From a bacterium (lineage in GTDB: Bacteria > Zhuqueibacterota > Zhuqueibacteria > Residuimicrobiales > Krinioviventaceae): a stretch of 64,000 bases of DNA. Below are positions 21,016 to 31,312 of the stretch, one piece after another (the stretch's first letter is position 1; each line of letters begins with the position of its first letter). The translations under genes and the position numbers were made by a program. The stretch is from contig CAXXFV010000023.1 in the NCBI GenBank assembly GCA_963674595.2, positions 672,001 through 736,000 of the forward strand. Direction: 5' to 3'. The notes beneath the pieces are model-generated. The model did no database searches. It saw nothing but the letters and a program-made list of their open reading frames with translations, and was not told the DNA's origin.

Positions 21016-21387
21016 ATGGCTCTTGACTTCCTGATTGTTGATGATAGTGCAGTTATGAGGGGAATGATTAAAAAGACCCTCAATTTGAGCGGATTACCAA
21101 TCGGAAAAATATACGAGGCTGGAAATGGTTTAGAAGGCCTGAAAGTTTTGAGTGAAAATTGGGTTGACCTGGCGCTTGTTGATATCAATATGCCGGAAAT
21201 GAATGGCGAGGAAATGATTGAAAGAATAAAGGCAAATCCGGACACTGAAGATTTGGCTATTATTGTTGTCTCAACCGAAAGTAGTGAAACCCGTATTGAA
21301 TTGCTTCAAAAGAAAGGGGCTGGTTTTGTGCATAAACCGTTTACCCCGGAAATTTTAAGAGAAGCTGTTTTAAATCGAATTGAATAG
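21016..21387 (+). CDS. cheY: CheY-like response regulator
   Basis: LIVDDSAVMR, DINMPEMNG, VSTES, HKPFT. Confidence 0.88.
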   Translation: MALDFLIVDDSAVMRGMIKKTLNLSGLPIGKIYEAGNGLEGLKVLSENWVDLALVDINMPEMNGEEMIERIKANPDTEDLAIIVVSTESSETRIELLQKKGAGFVHKPFTPEILREAVLNRIE

Positions 21388-21396
21388 GAGTAAATA

Positions 21397-21867
21397 ATGG
21401 ATAAAAATTTGGAAAATGAATTGGTCTCTGTTGCAAATATGACCTTTGAAGAATTGTGTTTTCTTTTTCCTATGCCGGAAGAAGAACTGGACATGCCTCC
21501 CGCTCCTTTCGACACATTTTCTCTGGTGCAATTCAAAGGTCCTTTTAATGGTGCTCTGCAATTAGGTGTCGCCTCAGAGCTTTTACCAATTTTAGCGGAA
21601 AATATTTTAGGCGAAGAAGATATTCAGGACCAGCAAAAACAAGATGCATTAGGAGAGGTTACCAATGTGATTTGTGGTAATTTACTACCCAAAATCGCCG
21701 GGAAAAAACCTGTATTTTATCTTGAGACCCCTAAGATAAGCAATACTCAAACAGATAAAAAGGATATATGCTGTGATTTGGTTGCTGATGTGGTATTGAC
21801 TTTTATGGAAGGTAGAGCAGGAATTAAACTATATTTAAAAGATTATAAAGATCACCTAGTTATTTAA
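21397..21867 (+). CDS. cheX: CheX-like phosphatase
   Basis: FKGPFNG, DALGEVTNVICGNLL (E-x2-N motif). Confidence 0.8.
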   Translation: MDKNLENELVSVANMTFEELCFLFPMPEEELDMPPAPFDTFSLVQFKGPFNGALQLGVASELLPILAENILGEEDIQDQQKQDALGEVTNVICGNLLPKIAGKKPVFYLETPKISNTQTDKKDICCDLVADVVLTFMEGRAGIKLYLKDYKDHLVI

Positions 21868-21900
21868 TACAGTAATAATGATTAAAGGCAGTAAAACGTT

Positions 21901-22944
21901 ATGATTAATGTACTAATTGTTGATGACTCGGCAGTCGTGCGTAAAGTACTATCCGAACAACTTGAAAAGAATGAGGATATAAAAGTTGTTGGAAGTGCTA
22001 TAGATCCCTATGTTGCCAGAGAAAAAATATTAACATTACAACCCGATGTTATTACCCTGGATCTTGAAATGCCACGTATGAATGGCCTGGTTTTTTTAGA
22101 TAAACTGATGAAATATTATCCTATCCCTGTCATTGTTGTCAGTTCTTTGACGCCAAAAAACAGTGAAGCTGCAATAAAAGCACTCGAATTAGGTGCCGTG
22201 GAAGTTATATGTAAACCCGGTTCTACTTTTTCAACACCAGACGCGCAACAACTTGTGCGTGCTGTTCGTGCAGCAGCCGCTTCAAATATAAGAAAAAGAA
22301 TTCGGACACAGCCCTCAGAACCTACAAATCCAATAACTGTCGATTTTAATTTAAAAACAACACACAAGGTTATTGCTATTGGAGCTTCGACAGGTGGTAC
22401 ACAAGCGATTGAAGCAGTTTTAAAGGGTTTTCCCAGTGCAACCCCTGGAACTGTTATTGTTCAACATATGCCGGAAAATTTTACAAAAGCCTTTGCGAAT
22501 CGTTTAAATACAATATGTCATATGGAAGTTCGGGAAGCAAAAGATAATGATAGTGTTGTGCCTGGTGTTGCTCTTATCGCGCCTGGTAACCATCATCTTT
22601 TATTACATCGAAGCGGTGCCCGTTATCATGTCCGCTTAAAGGACGGCCCGCCTGTCCATCATCAACGTCCTGCAGTGGATGTTTTGTTTCATTCTGTAGC
22701 ACATCATGTCGGACAAAATGCTATTGGTGTTTTACTTACCGGAATGGGCGCAGACGGCGCAAAGGGGTTGTTGGCAATGCATGATAGCGGTTCTTTTACA
22801 ATCGCTCAGGATGAAAAGACAAGTATTGTTTTTGGTATGCCGAAAGAGGCAATTAACCTTGGTGCCGCAGATAAAATTTTACCATTGGATAGAATATCGG
22901 CCGAGGTATTAAATTGGGTCCAGGCTGAAGAGAAACCAAGATAA
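21901..22944 (+). CDS. cheB: Chemotaxis methylesterase CheB
   Basis: Receiver domain plus IGASTGG, VQHMP, LTGMGADGA. Confidence 0.97.
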   Translation: MINVLIVDDSAVVRKVLSEQLEKNEDIKVVGSAIDPYVAREKILTLQPDVITLDLEMPRMNGLVFLDKLMKYYPIPVIVVSSLTPKNSEAAIKALELGAVEVICKPGSTFSTPDAQQLVRAVRAAAASNIRKRIRTQPSEPTNPITVDFNLKTTHKVIAIGASTGGTQAIEAVLKGFPSATPGTVIVQHMPENFTKAFANRLNTICHMEVREAKDNDSVVPGVALIAPGNHHLLLHRSGARYHVRLKDGPPVHHQRPAVDVLFHSVAHHVGQNAIGVLLTGMGADGAKGLLAMHDSGSFTIAQDEKTSIVFGMPKEAINLGAADKILPLDRISAEVLNWVQAEEKPR

Positions 22945-23007
22945 TGTATCTATTATAAGGCCTGGTTTATTGATTTTAACTGGAAGAAGAATGATGGATG
23001 AGATAAC

Positions 23008-25359
23008 GTGGTGAGGTGTGACGTGTGGGAAAAACAGAAAAATAGTGCAGAGATAACAGATCATGTAAAAAATATTTTTTCAGATTCAAGTTTTAGTAAA
23101 CAAGCTCTAAAAAATAAACTGGAAAAACAAACACCGCAAATACCAAATTATACTCCTTTACGCTTTATAATAACGTTTAACGGTTATTTGGTTGATTGTA
23201 GTGATAGTTTCCTGGATTTTATTTCTCTTCCCCGAAAAAACATTATAGGATTTCACATTAATGAGTTTTGCTCTTTCAAGTCAAATCTTCAATTTCTCGA
23301 TAATTTGAATGAAACCCTTACAGAACATAATTCTCATTCATTTCAATATCTTACTCATAAAAACAACAAGGTTGTTTTTTATAAAGTCGTCCCTAAATTC
23401 GATCAATATACCCACAATAAATACTTTATTTTTGAATCATGTAAAGCTCCTTCGATAATAACTGATTTTAGTGATATACCCAAATCGGAATCGGATTTTA
23501 TTGCTGATTTATTGTTGGAAATGTTTAAAGATTTAAACGAGGGTGTGTTTGTCTGTTTGCAGGATAAAGTTATTTATTGGAATCCAAAATTGCTTGAAAT
23601 TCTAGATTTTCCAATGGATTCGGAAGATATAAATAAAATTGATATGCAAAACACAATAATGGAACTTTTTGATATCGATTTTATTAATCAGGCTACTGAT
23701 GAAATGCAAACAAAAACAATTAAAACTCTTCATGGCCGGGAAAAGTATATTGAAATAAAAATCAGGAATAAAGGGTACTTGAATAAAAATGTAAAAATTG
23801 TTTTATTAACAGACAAATCCGAGCAGTATCGTTTTAAAAAAGAGCTGTTAAGGTTCAGTGCTATTACTGAACAAGCTGTTGAAGCAATAATGGTTACAAA
23901 TCCTGCGGGTAAAATTCAATATGTCAATCCTGCCTTTGAAAAGTTGTTTGGTTATTCAAAAAAAGAAATTCTGGAGAAAACACCTGAATTTTTGTATAAC
24001 GGGAATGATGACAGGTTTGATTATGATAAAGTCATGCAAATTGTACGGTCCGGTAAAATCTGGAAGGGAAGACTGTTAAACAAAAACAAGTCCGGTGATG
24101 TAATGGAAGCAGAAGCGACCTTTTCTCCGGTTATTGATCAAAATGGAAATATTATCAATTTTATTACAGTGGAAAAGGATATAACCGAACTTCGACGGTT
24201 GGAAAAACAGTTGCAGCAATCTCAAAAATTGGAAGCAATCGGTACATTAGCCGGCGGCATTGCCCATGATTTTAATAATATTTTAACGGCAATAATCGGA
24301 TTTACGGAACTGGTTATTAGGGATGAATCTTGTAGTAAGGGCATTCAAAAAAAATTAAATCGTGTTTTACAAGCCGGTCTCCGTGCAAAGGATTTGGCTA
24401 AACAGATTTTGGCATTTAACCGTCAAACTGAACAGGATAAAAAGAATATTCAGGTTGGCTTAATTATAAAAGAAGCTTTAAAATTGTTAAGAGCTTCTTT
24501 GCCAACGACTATAGAAATACGCCAGGACATTAAGGCAATTTCAGGAATTATTTTTGCAAACCCTACGCAAATTCATCAAATACTTATGAACTTGTGCACC
24601 AATGCTTCTCATGCTATGCGGGAAAGGGGAGGTGTCCTTGAAGTTATTTTGGATTTTGTAACAATTGATCAGGAAAATTCAAGTCATTATCCTGATCTTA
24701 ATCAGGGTCCATATTTAAGATTAATTGTACGGGACACAGGTTACGGAATGGATGAAAAAACCTTACGGCGTATTTTTGAACCTTACTTTACAACCAAAAA
24801 AATCGGTGAGGGCACCGGAATGGGTTTAGCTGTTGTGCATGGAATTGTTCAGGCACATAACGGTGCAATATATGTAGATAGTAATGTTGGTTTGGGAACG
24901 ACGTTCGAAGTACTTTTCCCGCGAGTTGATTCTAATGCAACAAAAGAAAATAATACTGATCAGAGTTTGATTGGCGGTAATGAACGAATTTTATTTGTCG
25001 ACGATGAAGAGGCTTTGGTTGAAGTAACACAGCATATTCTTCAGGAACTGGGTTACAGTGTTTGTGCAAAGACAAGCAGTCTTGATGCTTTGGATGAATT
25101 CACTGAAAATGCCGGTAAATATGATCTTGTAATCAGCGATCAAACCATGCCGGGTATTACGGGGGCTGAACTGGCGGATGAAATGTTTTCTATCAAACCT
25201 GATATTCCGTTTATTCTATGTACCGGATTTAGTGATGTAATAACTGAGGACAAGGCCATTGAACTGGGTATTAAAAGGTTTTTAATAAAACCGGTCCCCA
25301 TGCACGATTTTGCTATCACTATTCGCCAGGTTCTTGATGAGGTGAAAGAAAAAGTTTGA
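23008..25359 (+). CDS. Cytoplasmic PAS-domain hybrid histidine kinase (CckA-like architecture)
   Basis: PAS domains, H-box LAGGIAHDFNNIL, FEPYFTTK, GTGMGL, C-terminal receiver. Confidence 0.92.
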   Translation: MVRCDVWEKQKNSAEITDHVKNIFSDSSFSKQALKNKLEKQTPQIPNYTPLRFIITFNGYLVDCSDSFLDFISLPRKNIIGFHINEFCSFKSNLQFLDNLNETLTEHNSHSFQYLTHKNNKVVFYKVVPKFDQYTHNKYFIFESCKAPSIITDFSDIPKSESDFIADLLLEMFKDLNEGVFVCLQDKVIYWNPKLLEILDFPMDSEDINKIDMQNTIMELFDIDFINQATDEMQTKTIKTLHGREKYIEIKIRNKGYLNKNVKIVLLTDKSEQYRFKKELLRFSAITEQAVEAIMVTNPAGKIQYVNPAFEKLFGYSKKEILEKTPEFLYNGNDDRFDYDKVMQIVRSGKIWKGRLLNKNKSGDVMEAEATFSPVIDQNGNIINFITVEKDITELRRLEKQLQQSQKLEAIGTLAGGIAHDFNNILTAIIGFTELVIRDESCSKGIQKKLNRVLQAGLRAKDLAKQILAFNRQTEQDKKNIQVGLIIKEALKLLRASLPTTIEIRQDIKAISGIIFANPTQIHQILMNLCTNASHAMRERGGVLEVILDFVTIDQENSSHYPDLNQGPYLRLIVRDTGYGMDEKTLRRIFEPYFTTKKIGEGTGMGLAVVHGIVQAHNGAIYVDSNVGLGTTFEVLFPRVDSNATKENNTDQSLIGGNERILFVDDEEALVEVTQHILQELGYSVCAKTSSLDALDEFTENAGKYDLVISDQTMPGITGAELADEMFSIKPDIPFILCTGFSDVITEDKAIELGIKRFLIKPVPMHDFAITIRQVLDEVKEKV

Positions 25360-25367
25360 AATTTTAG

Positions 25368-25395
25368 AGGAACGGTTCTGCCGTTCCTTTTTTTT
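25368..25395 (+). terminator. Rho-independent terminator
   Basis: AGGAACGG-TTCTG-CCGTTCCT plus T-tract. Confidence 0.85.
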
Positions 25396-25653
25396 ATCCC
25401 TTTATCCATCGTCATTCTGTAAAAATCTTTCCGATACAAAAAAACAATCCTTTTTAAATTTAGTGTACGAGAGATCTCTAATATATTTTCGCGGGGATGA
25501 CATTCTTGGATGATTATAAGAATTAGTTGAATGATGAATCTGTTTTGATAGTCGTTTTTATTTCAGAAATTCTCGCTATTCTAAAAATAAATTATCTTCA
25601 TTTACACCTTATAATTAAACCAATAATTTAATATTGAATATTTTTTCTGCCAG

Positions 25654-25779
25654 GGGAATATCTTTCCTTCTATGGGTAATTTTTTCCTTTTTCATAATCA
25701 GGTATTATTTATAGGAATTGAGATAACTATTTGTTTTTTAGTTTCTTTTGTTTTTATAAAAACTGGCATGTCTTTTGAA
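25654..25779 (+). promoter_or_regulatory. Putative sigma-54 promoter of the flgF operon with tandem upstream activator-like sites
   Basis: TGGCAT-GTCTT-TTGAA at 25764 (GA instead of GC at -12); GGGAATATCTTTCC and GGGTAATTTTTTCC with 20-bp period at 25654 and 25674. Confidence 0.55.
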
Positions 25780-25803
25780 TATGTTTTTTATGAATAATTT
25801 TCT

Positions 25804-26517
25804 TTGGAGGAAATTTTGTTACAAGGTATTCAATACAGTCAAAACGGATTAGAAAATAAAAAATACGCTATCGACGTTATTGCCAATAATTTGGCAAATG
25901 CCAGTAGTGCCGGTTTTAAAAAGAGTATTGTTTTCAGCGAATCGTTAAAAAATGCAGACAGTAATCCCAAAGCTAATTCACAACCTCTTGAAGTTGTGGA
26001 CACGAGTCAGGGTGCTTTAAGAGCAACCGGTAATCCGTTGGACCTGGCTATCGAAGGCGAAGGTTTTTTTGTCATCGATACGGAGCAGGGAACCAGGTTG
26101 ACTCGACAGGGTCATTTTCAGCTTGATACTGAAGGATTTCTTGTTACGGCAAATGGTGATTATGTGATGAGTGACGGCGGTCCTGTTAGTGCGCAACAAG
26201 AGATTCAATTTACTGCCCAGGGCGGAATTATAGCCGATGGCGAACCGGCTGGGTCGCTTATGATTTACCAGGTTACGGATTCTTCAAAGTTACAACGTTC
26301 CGGTGATGGTTATTTTTCAGCAGACGAAAGGTATTTAGCAGAATTGGACAATACACCGAATGTTCGTTCCGGTTTTTTGGAATCATCCAATGTAAATCCG
26401 TTGGAAGAAATGGTAAACCTGATTGAAATTTATCGTCAGTTTGAGGCTAATCAGCGTGCGCTCCGTACTCAGGATGAGACCCTGGACAAGGCTGTAAACG
26501 ATGTTGGCCGAGTTTAA
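25804..26517 (+). CDS. flgF: Flagellar proximal rod protein FlgF
   Basis: ANNLAN, TGNPLDLAIEGEGFF, LESSNVNPLEEMV; precedes flgG. Confidence 0.88.
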   Translation: MEEILLQGIQYSQNGLENKKYAIDVIANNLANASSAGFKKSIVFSESLKNADSNPKANSQPLEVVDTSQGALRATGNPLDLAIEGEGFFVIDTEQGTRLTRQGHFQLDTEGFLVTANGDYVMSDGGPVSAQQEIQFTAQGGIIADGEPAGSLMIYQVTDSSKLQRSGDGYFSADERYLAELDNTPNVRSGFLESSNVNPLEEMVNLIEIYRQFEANQRALRTQDETLDKAVNDVGRV

Positions 26518-26560
26518 GTTAGAATAGAATTTTTTATATAGTTTTATTGGAGATATATTT

Positions 26561-27349
26561 ATGGATAAATCATTAAGAATTGCAGCAACGGGAATGCGGG
26601 CCCAACAACTGCACATAGACACCATTGCCAATAATTTGGCAAATGTCAACACTACCGGTTTTAAAAAGAGTAAGGTAGAATTCCAGGACTTGTTATATCA
26701 AACCATTCGTCCTGCCGGTGCTTCAGTTTCTGAAGATGTCAAGGCCCCTACGGAATTACAAGTAGGTTGTGGAACTAAACCTGTCTCTACGACAAAGATG
26801 TTTACTCAGGGTGATGTGGTTGCTACAGATAATGCTTTAGACCTTGCCATTGAAGGCGATGGTTTTTTTCAGTTGCGAATGCCGGACGGTACTCTGGCTT
26901 ATACCCGGGATGGTTCATTCAAAGTTTCCGATGATGGTCAAATTGTAAATTCTGACGGATATGTTTTGGAACCTTCCATTGCTTTGCCGCAGGACACACA
27001 AAGTATCAGTATCGGCCGCGATGGTCTTGTTGCTGTAACAGTCGCCGGATCCAATGAAACTCAGGATATTGGCCAAATAGAGCTGGCACGTTTCGTTAAT
27101 CCCGGTGGATTGAAAAATGTAGGACGTAATTTATTACAATATACTTCAGCTTCAGGAGAGCCCATTGTCGGAAATCCTGAACTGGACGGATTTGGTGCTT
27201 TGGGACAGGGATTTTTGGAAAGTTCCAATGTTGACGTTGTTGACGAAATGGTAAATATGATTACGGCCCAACGTGCCTATGAAATTAACTCCAAAACCAT
27301 TCGTACAGCCGATGATATGATGAGCCTTGTTAACGGTTTGAAACGTTAA
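26561..27349 (+). CDS. flgG: Flagellar distal rod protein FlgG
   Basis: IANNLANVNTTGFKKS, FQDLLYQ, AQRAYEINSK. Confidence 0.97.
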   Translation: MDKSLRIAATGMRAQQLHIDTIANNLANVNTTGFKKSKVEFQDLLYQTIRPAGASVSEDVKAPTELQVGCGTKPVSTTKMFTQGDVVATDNALDLAIEGDGFFQLRMPDGTLAYTRDGSFKVSDDGQIVNSDGYVLEPSIALPQDTQSISIGRDGLVAVTVAGSNETQDIGQIELARFVNPGGLKNVGRNLLQYTSASGEPIVGNPELDGFGALGQGFLESSNVDVVDEMVNMITAQRAYEINSKTIRTADDMMSLVNGLKR

Positions 27350-27356
27350 ATAAGAG

Positions 27357-28100
27357 ATGGTTATTATGAAATTTCGTTTATTAACAAATATGTACCTGTT
27401 GTTTTTTATTGTTGTTTTGTTTGTATCTTTTGCTTTTGGCAAATCCCTCGAATCGGGAACAACAAATAATGGTTTGATAGAAATTGGTATAAAAAAATAT
27501 ATCGAGTCCCGGTTTGGCAAGGAAGACAAAATTACAGTAGAAGTGATTTCTGTTACCCCGGATATAGCCGGTGCGGTTGCACCTCCGATTACAATTTCTA
27601 CACGAAAAAAGGGAATCCTCAGAGGACGTACTGTCTTTCAGGTCACTTTTACAAACAGAGGCAAAAAAGAAGAACATCAGGTCCTAGCGTTGGTAAAAAG
27701 ATTTCAAGAGGTTGTTATTACTTCACAGCTATTGGAACGTAATGATGTTATTGCAGTGGATGACGTGCAGCTTGAGCTTTGTGAAGTAAACTGGTCTACG
27801 CATGAGAAACTTGTCAGTATGAAGGATATTATTGGTAAACGTGCCACAAGACGTTTATCTCCCGGTCGTGTATTAACAGAATCGATGGTTGAAAATGTTC
27901 CGGTTATTGAACACGGAAGTTTGGTTAATATGGAATTTATCAGCAAAGGTTTGAGTTTGTCTCTTCCTGTTCAAGCATGCCAGGATGGATGTGTGGGTGA
28001 AGTGATTAAAGTAAAAAATATGACCAATGGCGCTTATTATCTGGCTGCTGTTGAAAGTCCTGATAAAGTAACCTTTGAACAAAACAAGAGTTTAAGATGA
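27357..28100 (+). CDS. flgA: P-ring chaperone FlgA
   Basis: Signal peptide, SAF-like domain, QDGCVGEVIKVKN; lies between flgG and flgH. Confidence 0.85.
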   Translation: MVIMKFRLLTNMYLLFFIVVLFVSFAFGKSLESGTTNNGLIEIGIKKYIESRFGKEDKITVEVISVTPDIAGAVAPPITISTRKKGILRGRTVFQVTFTNRGKKEEHQVLALVKRFQEVVITSQLLERNDVIAVDDVQLELCEVNWSTHEKLVSMKDIIGKRATRRLSPGRVLTESMVENVPVIEHGSLVNMEFISKGLSLSLPVQACQDGCVGEVIKVKNMTNGAYYLAAVESPDKVTFEQNKSLR

Positions 28101-28687
28101 AAATTAAATTATTTATAACATTAATGCTTTTCTTTTCTACGGTTCGTTTTTTCAATCCGACATTGTGTGTGGCCCAGAGTTATCAACAGATGTCCTTGTT
28201 TACGGACCACCGTGCCAGACAGGTTGGCGATATTGTTACAATATTAATCGTAGAATATTCAAGCGCGAAAAGTGAAGCAAACAGTAGCAATGAAAAGACC
28301 AGTGACCATGGTGTACAGGCTACTGGTGGCCCAAAATCAGAATCTTATATGCCGATGTTTGGATTGCGTGGCAAGTTTAACAACGGATTTGATAATAGTG
28401 GTGAAACCTCACGTAAGGGAAGTTTGACCGGCAAAATAACGGCCACAATTTCCGAGGTAAAGCCTAATGGCACATTGGTTATAAACGGAACAAGAGTGGT
28501 TGCTGTTAACGGCGAAACAGAAAAGATTTTAATAAACGGAGTGATCCGGGCTGAAGATATTCGAAGTGATAATACAATTTTTTCTTATCAGGTTGCTGAC
28601 GCCCAGATTTCTTATGCCGGTAAAGGCATTGTTTCCAAGGGACAAAAGCCGGGAATGCTGGACAAGTTGCTTGGTTGGATTTTTTAA
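28097..28687 (+). CDS. flgH: L-ring protein FlgH
   Basis: SLFTDHRARQVGDIVTILIVE, GVIRAEDI, VADAQISY. Confidence 0.93.
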   Translation: MKIKLFITLMLFFSTVRFFNPTLCVAQSYQQMSLFTDHRARQVGDIVTILIVEYSSAKSEANSSNEKTSDHGVQATGGPKSESYMPMFGLRGKFNNGFDNSGETSRKGSLTGKITATISEVKPNGTLVINGTRVVAVNGETEKILINGVIRAEDIRSDNTIFSYQVADAQISYAGKGIVSKGQKPGMLDKLLGWIF

Positions 28688-28713
28688 TATACAGGATGTA
28701 TGGAGTTTTTAAA

Positions 28714-29838
28714 ATGCTGAATCGTTTTTACACCGGATTGAAATATTTAATATTTGTGTTGAGCATAATAATTATTGCCGATGCAAATAATATAACATTT
28801 GCTGCTGCACGAGTGAAAGACCTTGTGGATATTAAAGGCGTGCAAGACCAAAAGCTGATCGGTTACAGTCTTGTGATTGGGCTGGATGGCACCGGAGATT
28901 CACGCCGATCTACCATGACGGCCCAGGCCGTACGAAACATGCTGACGAAAATGGGCATGAATGTACCGGATAATAATTTGGCTGTCCGCAATGTTGCTTC
29001 GGTTATGGTCACCGCTAGTGTTTCTCCTTTTGCCGGAATTGGCAGCGCGGCAGATGTTACGGTATCTTCACTTGGTGATGCTTCCAGTTTGGAAGGCGGA
29101 ACCCTGCTTATGACACCACTAATGGGTAAGGACAATTTGGTATATGCTGTTGCTCAGGGACCTTTGAGTATTGGCGGATTTAATGTTGAAACGATGAGCG
29201 GAGAGCGTTATCGAAAAAATTATTCCCTTGTTGGACGGGTGCCAAACGGTGCTGTGATTGAACGAGGCATGGAGGCGCAACTGATTCAGGGACAAAATCT
29301 GGAAATGATGTTAAGGCAACCGGATTTTACCACGGCTGTTCGCATTGCGGAAGCGATAAACAATCAGGTTGGCAGTTCTGCTGCTAATGCTGTTGATCCG
29401 GGAAGGGTAAATGTACAGGTTACAGACCCGGCCCAGGTTATGTCATTGGTAGCTCAAATTGAGGGTATTGAAGTGGATGCCGATCAGGAAGCACGTGTTG
29501 TTATCAATGAGCGGACCGGTACGGTTGTTGTCGGTCAGGACGTTCATTTAATGCCCACGGCTGTTGCGCACGGAAATTTAACAATAAAAATAAGTTCATC
29601 TCCCTATGTTTCTCAACCACCTGCTTTTTCAGGCGGATCTACTGTTGTTGTTCCGCAAACACGAACACAGGTTATTGAAGAACAGGGTGCAAGTGTGGCG
29701 GTGATGGATGATGTAGCCAATGTTGAAGAATTAGCTTCAATGTTAAATAGTTTACAGGTGTCACCGCGTGACATCATTGCCATTTTCCAGGCATTAAAAA
29801 CGGCCGGCGCTTTGCAGGCAAAACTTGTAATTATGTAA
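28714..29838 (+). CDS. flgI: P-ring protein FlgI
   Basis: RVKDL, GYSLVIGLDGTGD, SLEGGTLLMTPL, INERTGTVV. Confidence 0.96.
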   Translation: MLNRFYTGLKYLIFVLSIIIIADANNITFAAARVKDLVDIKGVQDQKLIGYSLVIGLDGTGDSRRSTMTAQAVRNMLTKMGMNVPDNNLAVRNVASVMVTASVSPFAGIGSAADVTVSSLGDASSLEGGTLLMTPLMGKDNLVYAVAQGPLSIGGFNVETMSGERYRKNYSLVGRVPNGAVIERGMEAQLIQGQNLEMMLRQPDFTTAVRIAEAINNQVGSSAANAVDPGRVNVQVTDPAQVMSLVAQIEGIEVDADQEARVVINERTGTVVVGQDVHLMPTAVAHGNLTIKISSSPYVSQPPAFSGGSTVVVPQTRTQVIEEQGASVAVMDDVANVEELASMLNSLQVSPRDIIAIFQALKTAGALQAKLVIM

Positions 29839-29846
29839 GTGTTGAT

Positions 29847-30722
29847 ATGCATATTAATAGTGTAAAATCTCAATTTATCCCTCTTGATAATAGTCAAGAG
29901 ACAAAGAAAGTAAATAACGATAAAGAGTTACAGCGATTAAAAAAGGTCTGTGCTGATTTTGAAGCTGTTATGTTATCCAAATTGATGAAATCAATGCGGC
30001 AGACAGTTGGCGAAAGTTCGTTGTTTGGAGAAGGTTTTGGCGCTGAAACATATCAAAGTATGTTTGATACCAAAATGGCAGAAGAGATAGCACACGGCAG
30101 TGGTTTTGGAATTGGTGAACTTTTGTATAAAGAATTGTCCCAAAGGTTTTCAGGTGAGGACCTGCCGGAAATCAATAAACCGATTTCCATTAAAAGCATT
30201 ATCGCAAAGCAATCTTCTGATTCAAATAATAATATCACCGTAAACCGGACATCTGCTGAATCCAACAATAGCATTATCGAAAACAAGACACTTGCCGTTT
30301 CCGATACAACAGTGTCCAGAATTCAACAATATCATAACATCATTGAACAAGCTTCTAATGAACAGGAATTACCTGTACATTTGGTTTATGGTGTTATAAC
30401 CCAGGAATCCAGTGGACGAGAAGATATTGTCTCACGTGCCGGTGCCAAGGGATTGATGCAATTAATGGACAGTACAGCCGCAGATTTGGGTGTTAAAAAT
30501 TCTTTTAATCCTGAAGAAAATATTCAGGGCGGCGTTCGTTATTTAAAACAAATGTTGGACCGTTTTGGCGAAACAGAGCTGGCACTTGCCGCTTATAATG
30601 CCGGACCCGGTAATGTTGAAAAATATGGTGGAATTCCACCGTTTAAAGAAACACAAGAATATGTTGATAAAGTAATTGGTTACAGCAATTCCTATAAAAA
30701 AATGTTTGACGAAAATATTTAG
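29847..30722 (+). CDS. flgJ: FlgJ rod-capping domain fused to an SLT lytic transglycosylase
   Basis: N-terminal DFEAVMLSKLMKSMR; C-terminal QESSG, GAKGLMQLM, LAAYNAGPG, ETQEYV. Confidence 0.88.
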   Translation: MHINSVKSQFIPLDNSQETKKVNNDKELQRLKKVCADFEAVMLSKLMKSMRQTVGESSLFGEGFGAETYQSMFDTKMAEEIAHGSGFGIGELLYKELSQRFSGEDLPEINKPISIKSIIAKQSSDSNNNITVNRTSAESNNSIIENKTLAVSDTTVSRIQQYHNIIEQASNEQELPVHLVYGVITQESSGREDIVSRAGAKGLMQLMDSTAADLGVKNSFNPEENIQGGVRYLKQMLDRFGETELALAAYNAGPGNVEKYGGIPPFKETQEYVDKVIGYSNSYKKMFDENI

Positions 30723-30731
30723 TGTGGCATT

Positions 30732-31265
30732 ATGACCATAGCAATAGAAAATATTCCACAAGAAATAAGCAATAGCTGGGTAGAAGAACTGATTCAATTG
30801 ATACAGGATGAAATCGGTTCCTATAATTTATTGCTCAACCAGCTAAAAGCACAGCAAAGTGCCATTATTGATCGTGATATTTTACGAATGACTGAGAATA
30901 GCAAAAATGCCCAGGATTATATCCACATGGCCAAGGAAGCCTCTTTAAAACGTGCGGAAAAAATCAAACAGGTCAACATACCAGTCAGACCGAAACAGGA
31001 ATTGCAATCAATTGAGCATGTTATTCCTATTGTTAAAAAACAATATTCTGATCGTTTAACCGAATTACGTACGACTTTAAAAGCCGTAATTAAAGACATT
31101 AATCATTTAAACAAGGTCAGCGCGCATTTATTGGCCCGATCTTTGGAACATGTTAATAAGAATTTGGAATTGATTTACGCCGCAGCAGAACCAAATAAAA
31201 ATTATGATGCCGGCGGAAATTTACAAAAATTTAAAAAATATTCAGTAATGATGGAAGTTGTTTGA
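30732..31265 (+). CDS. flgN: FlgN-family export chaperone
   Basis: Helical protein in the conserved position just before flgK. Confidence 0.75.
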   Translation: MTIAIENIPQEISNSWVEELIQLIQDEIGSYNLLLNQLKAQQSAIIDRDILRMTENSKNAQDYIHMAKEASLKRAEKIKQVNIPVRPKQELQSIEHVIPIVKKQYSDRLTELRTTLKAVIKDINHLNKVSAHLLARSLEHVNKNLELIYAAAEPNKNYDAGGNLQKFKKYSVMMEVV

Positions 31266-31312
31266 CCATGAATTTGTACAAGTTTGATAATTATAGTATT
31301 AAGGAGTAAATT

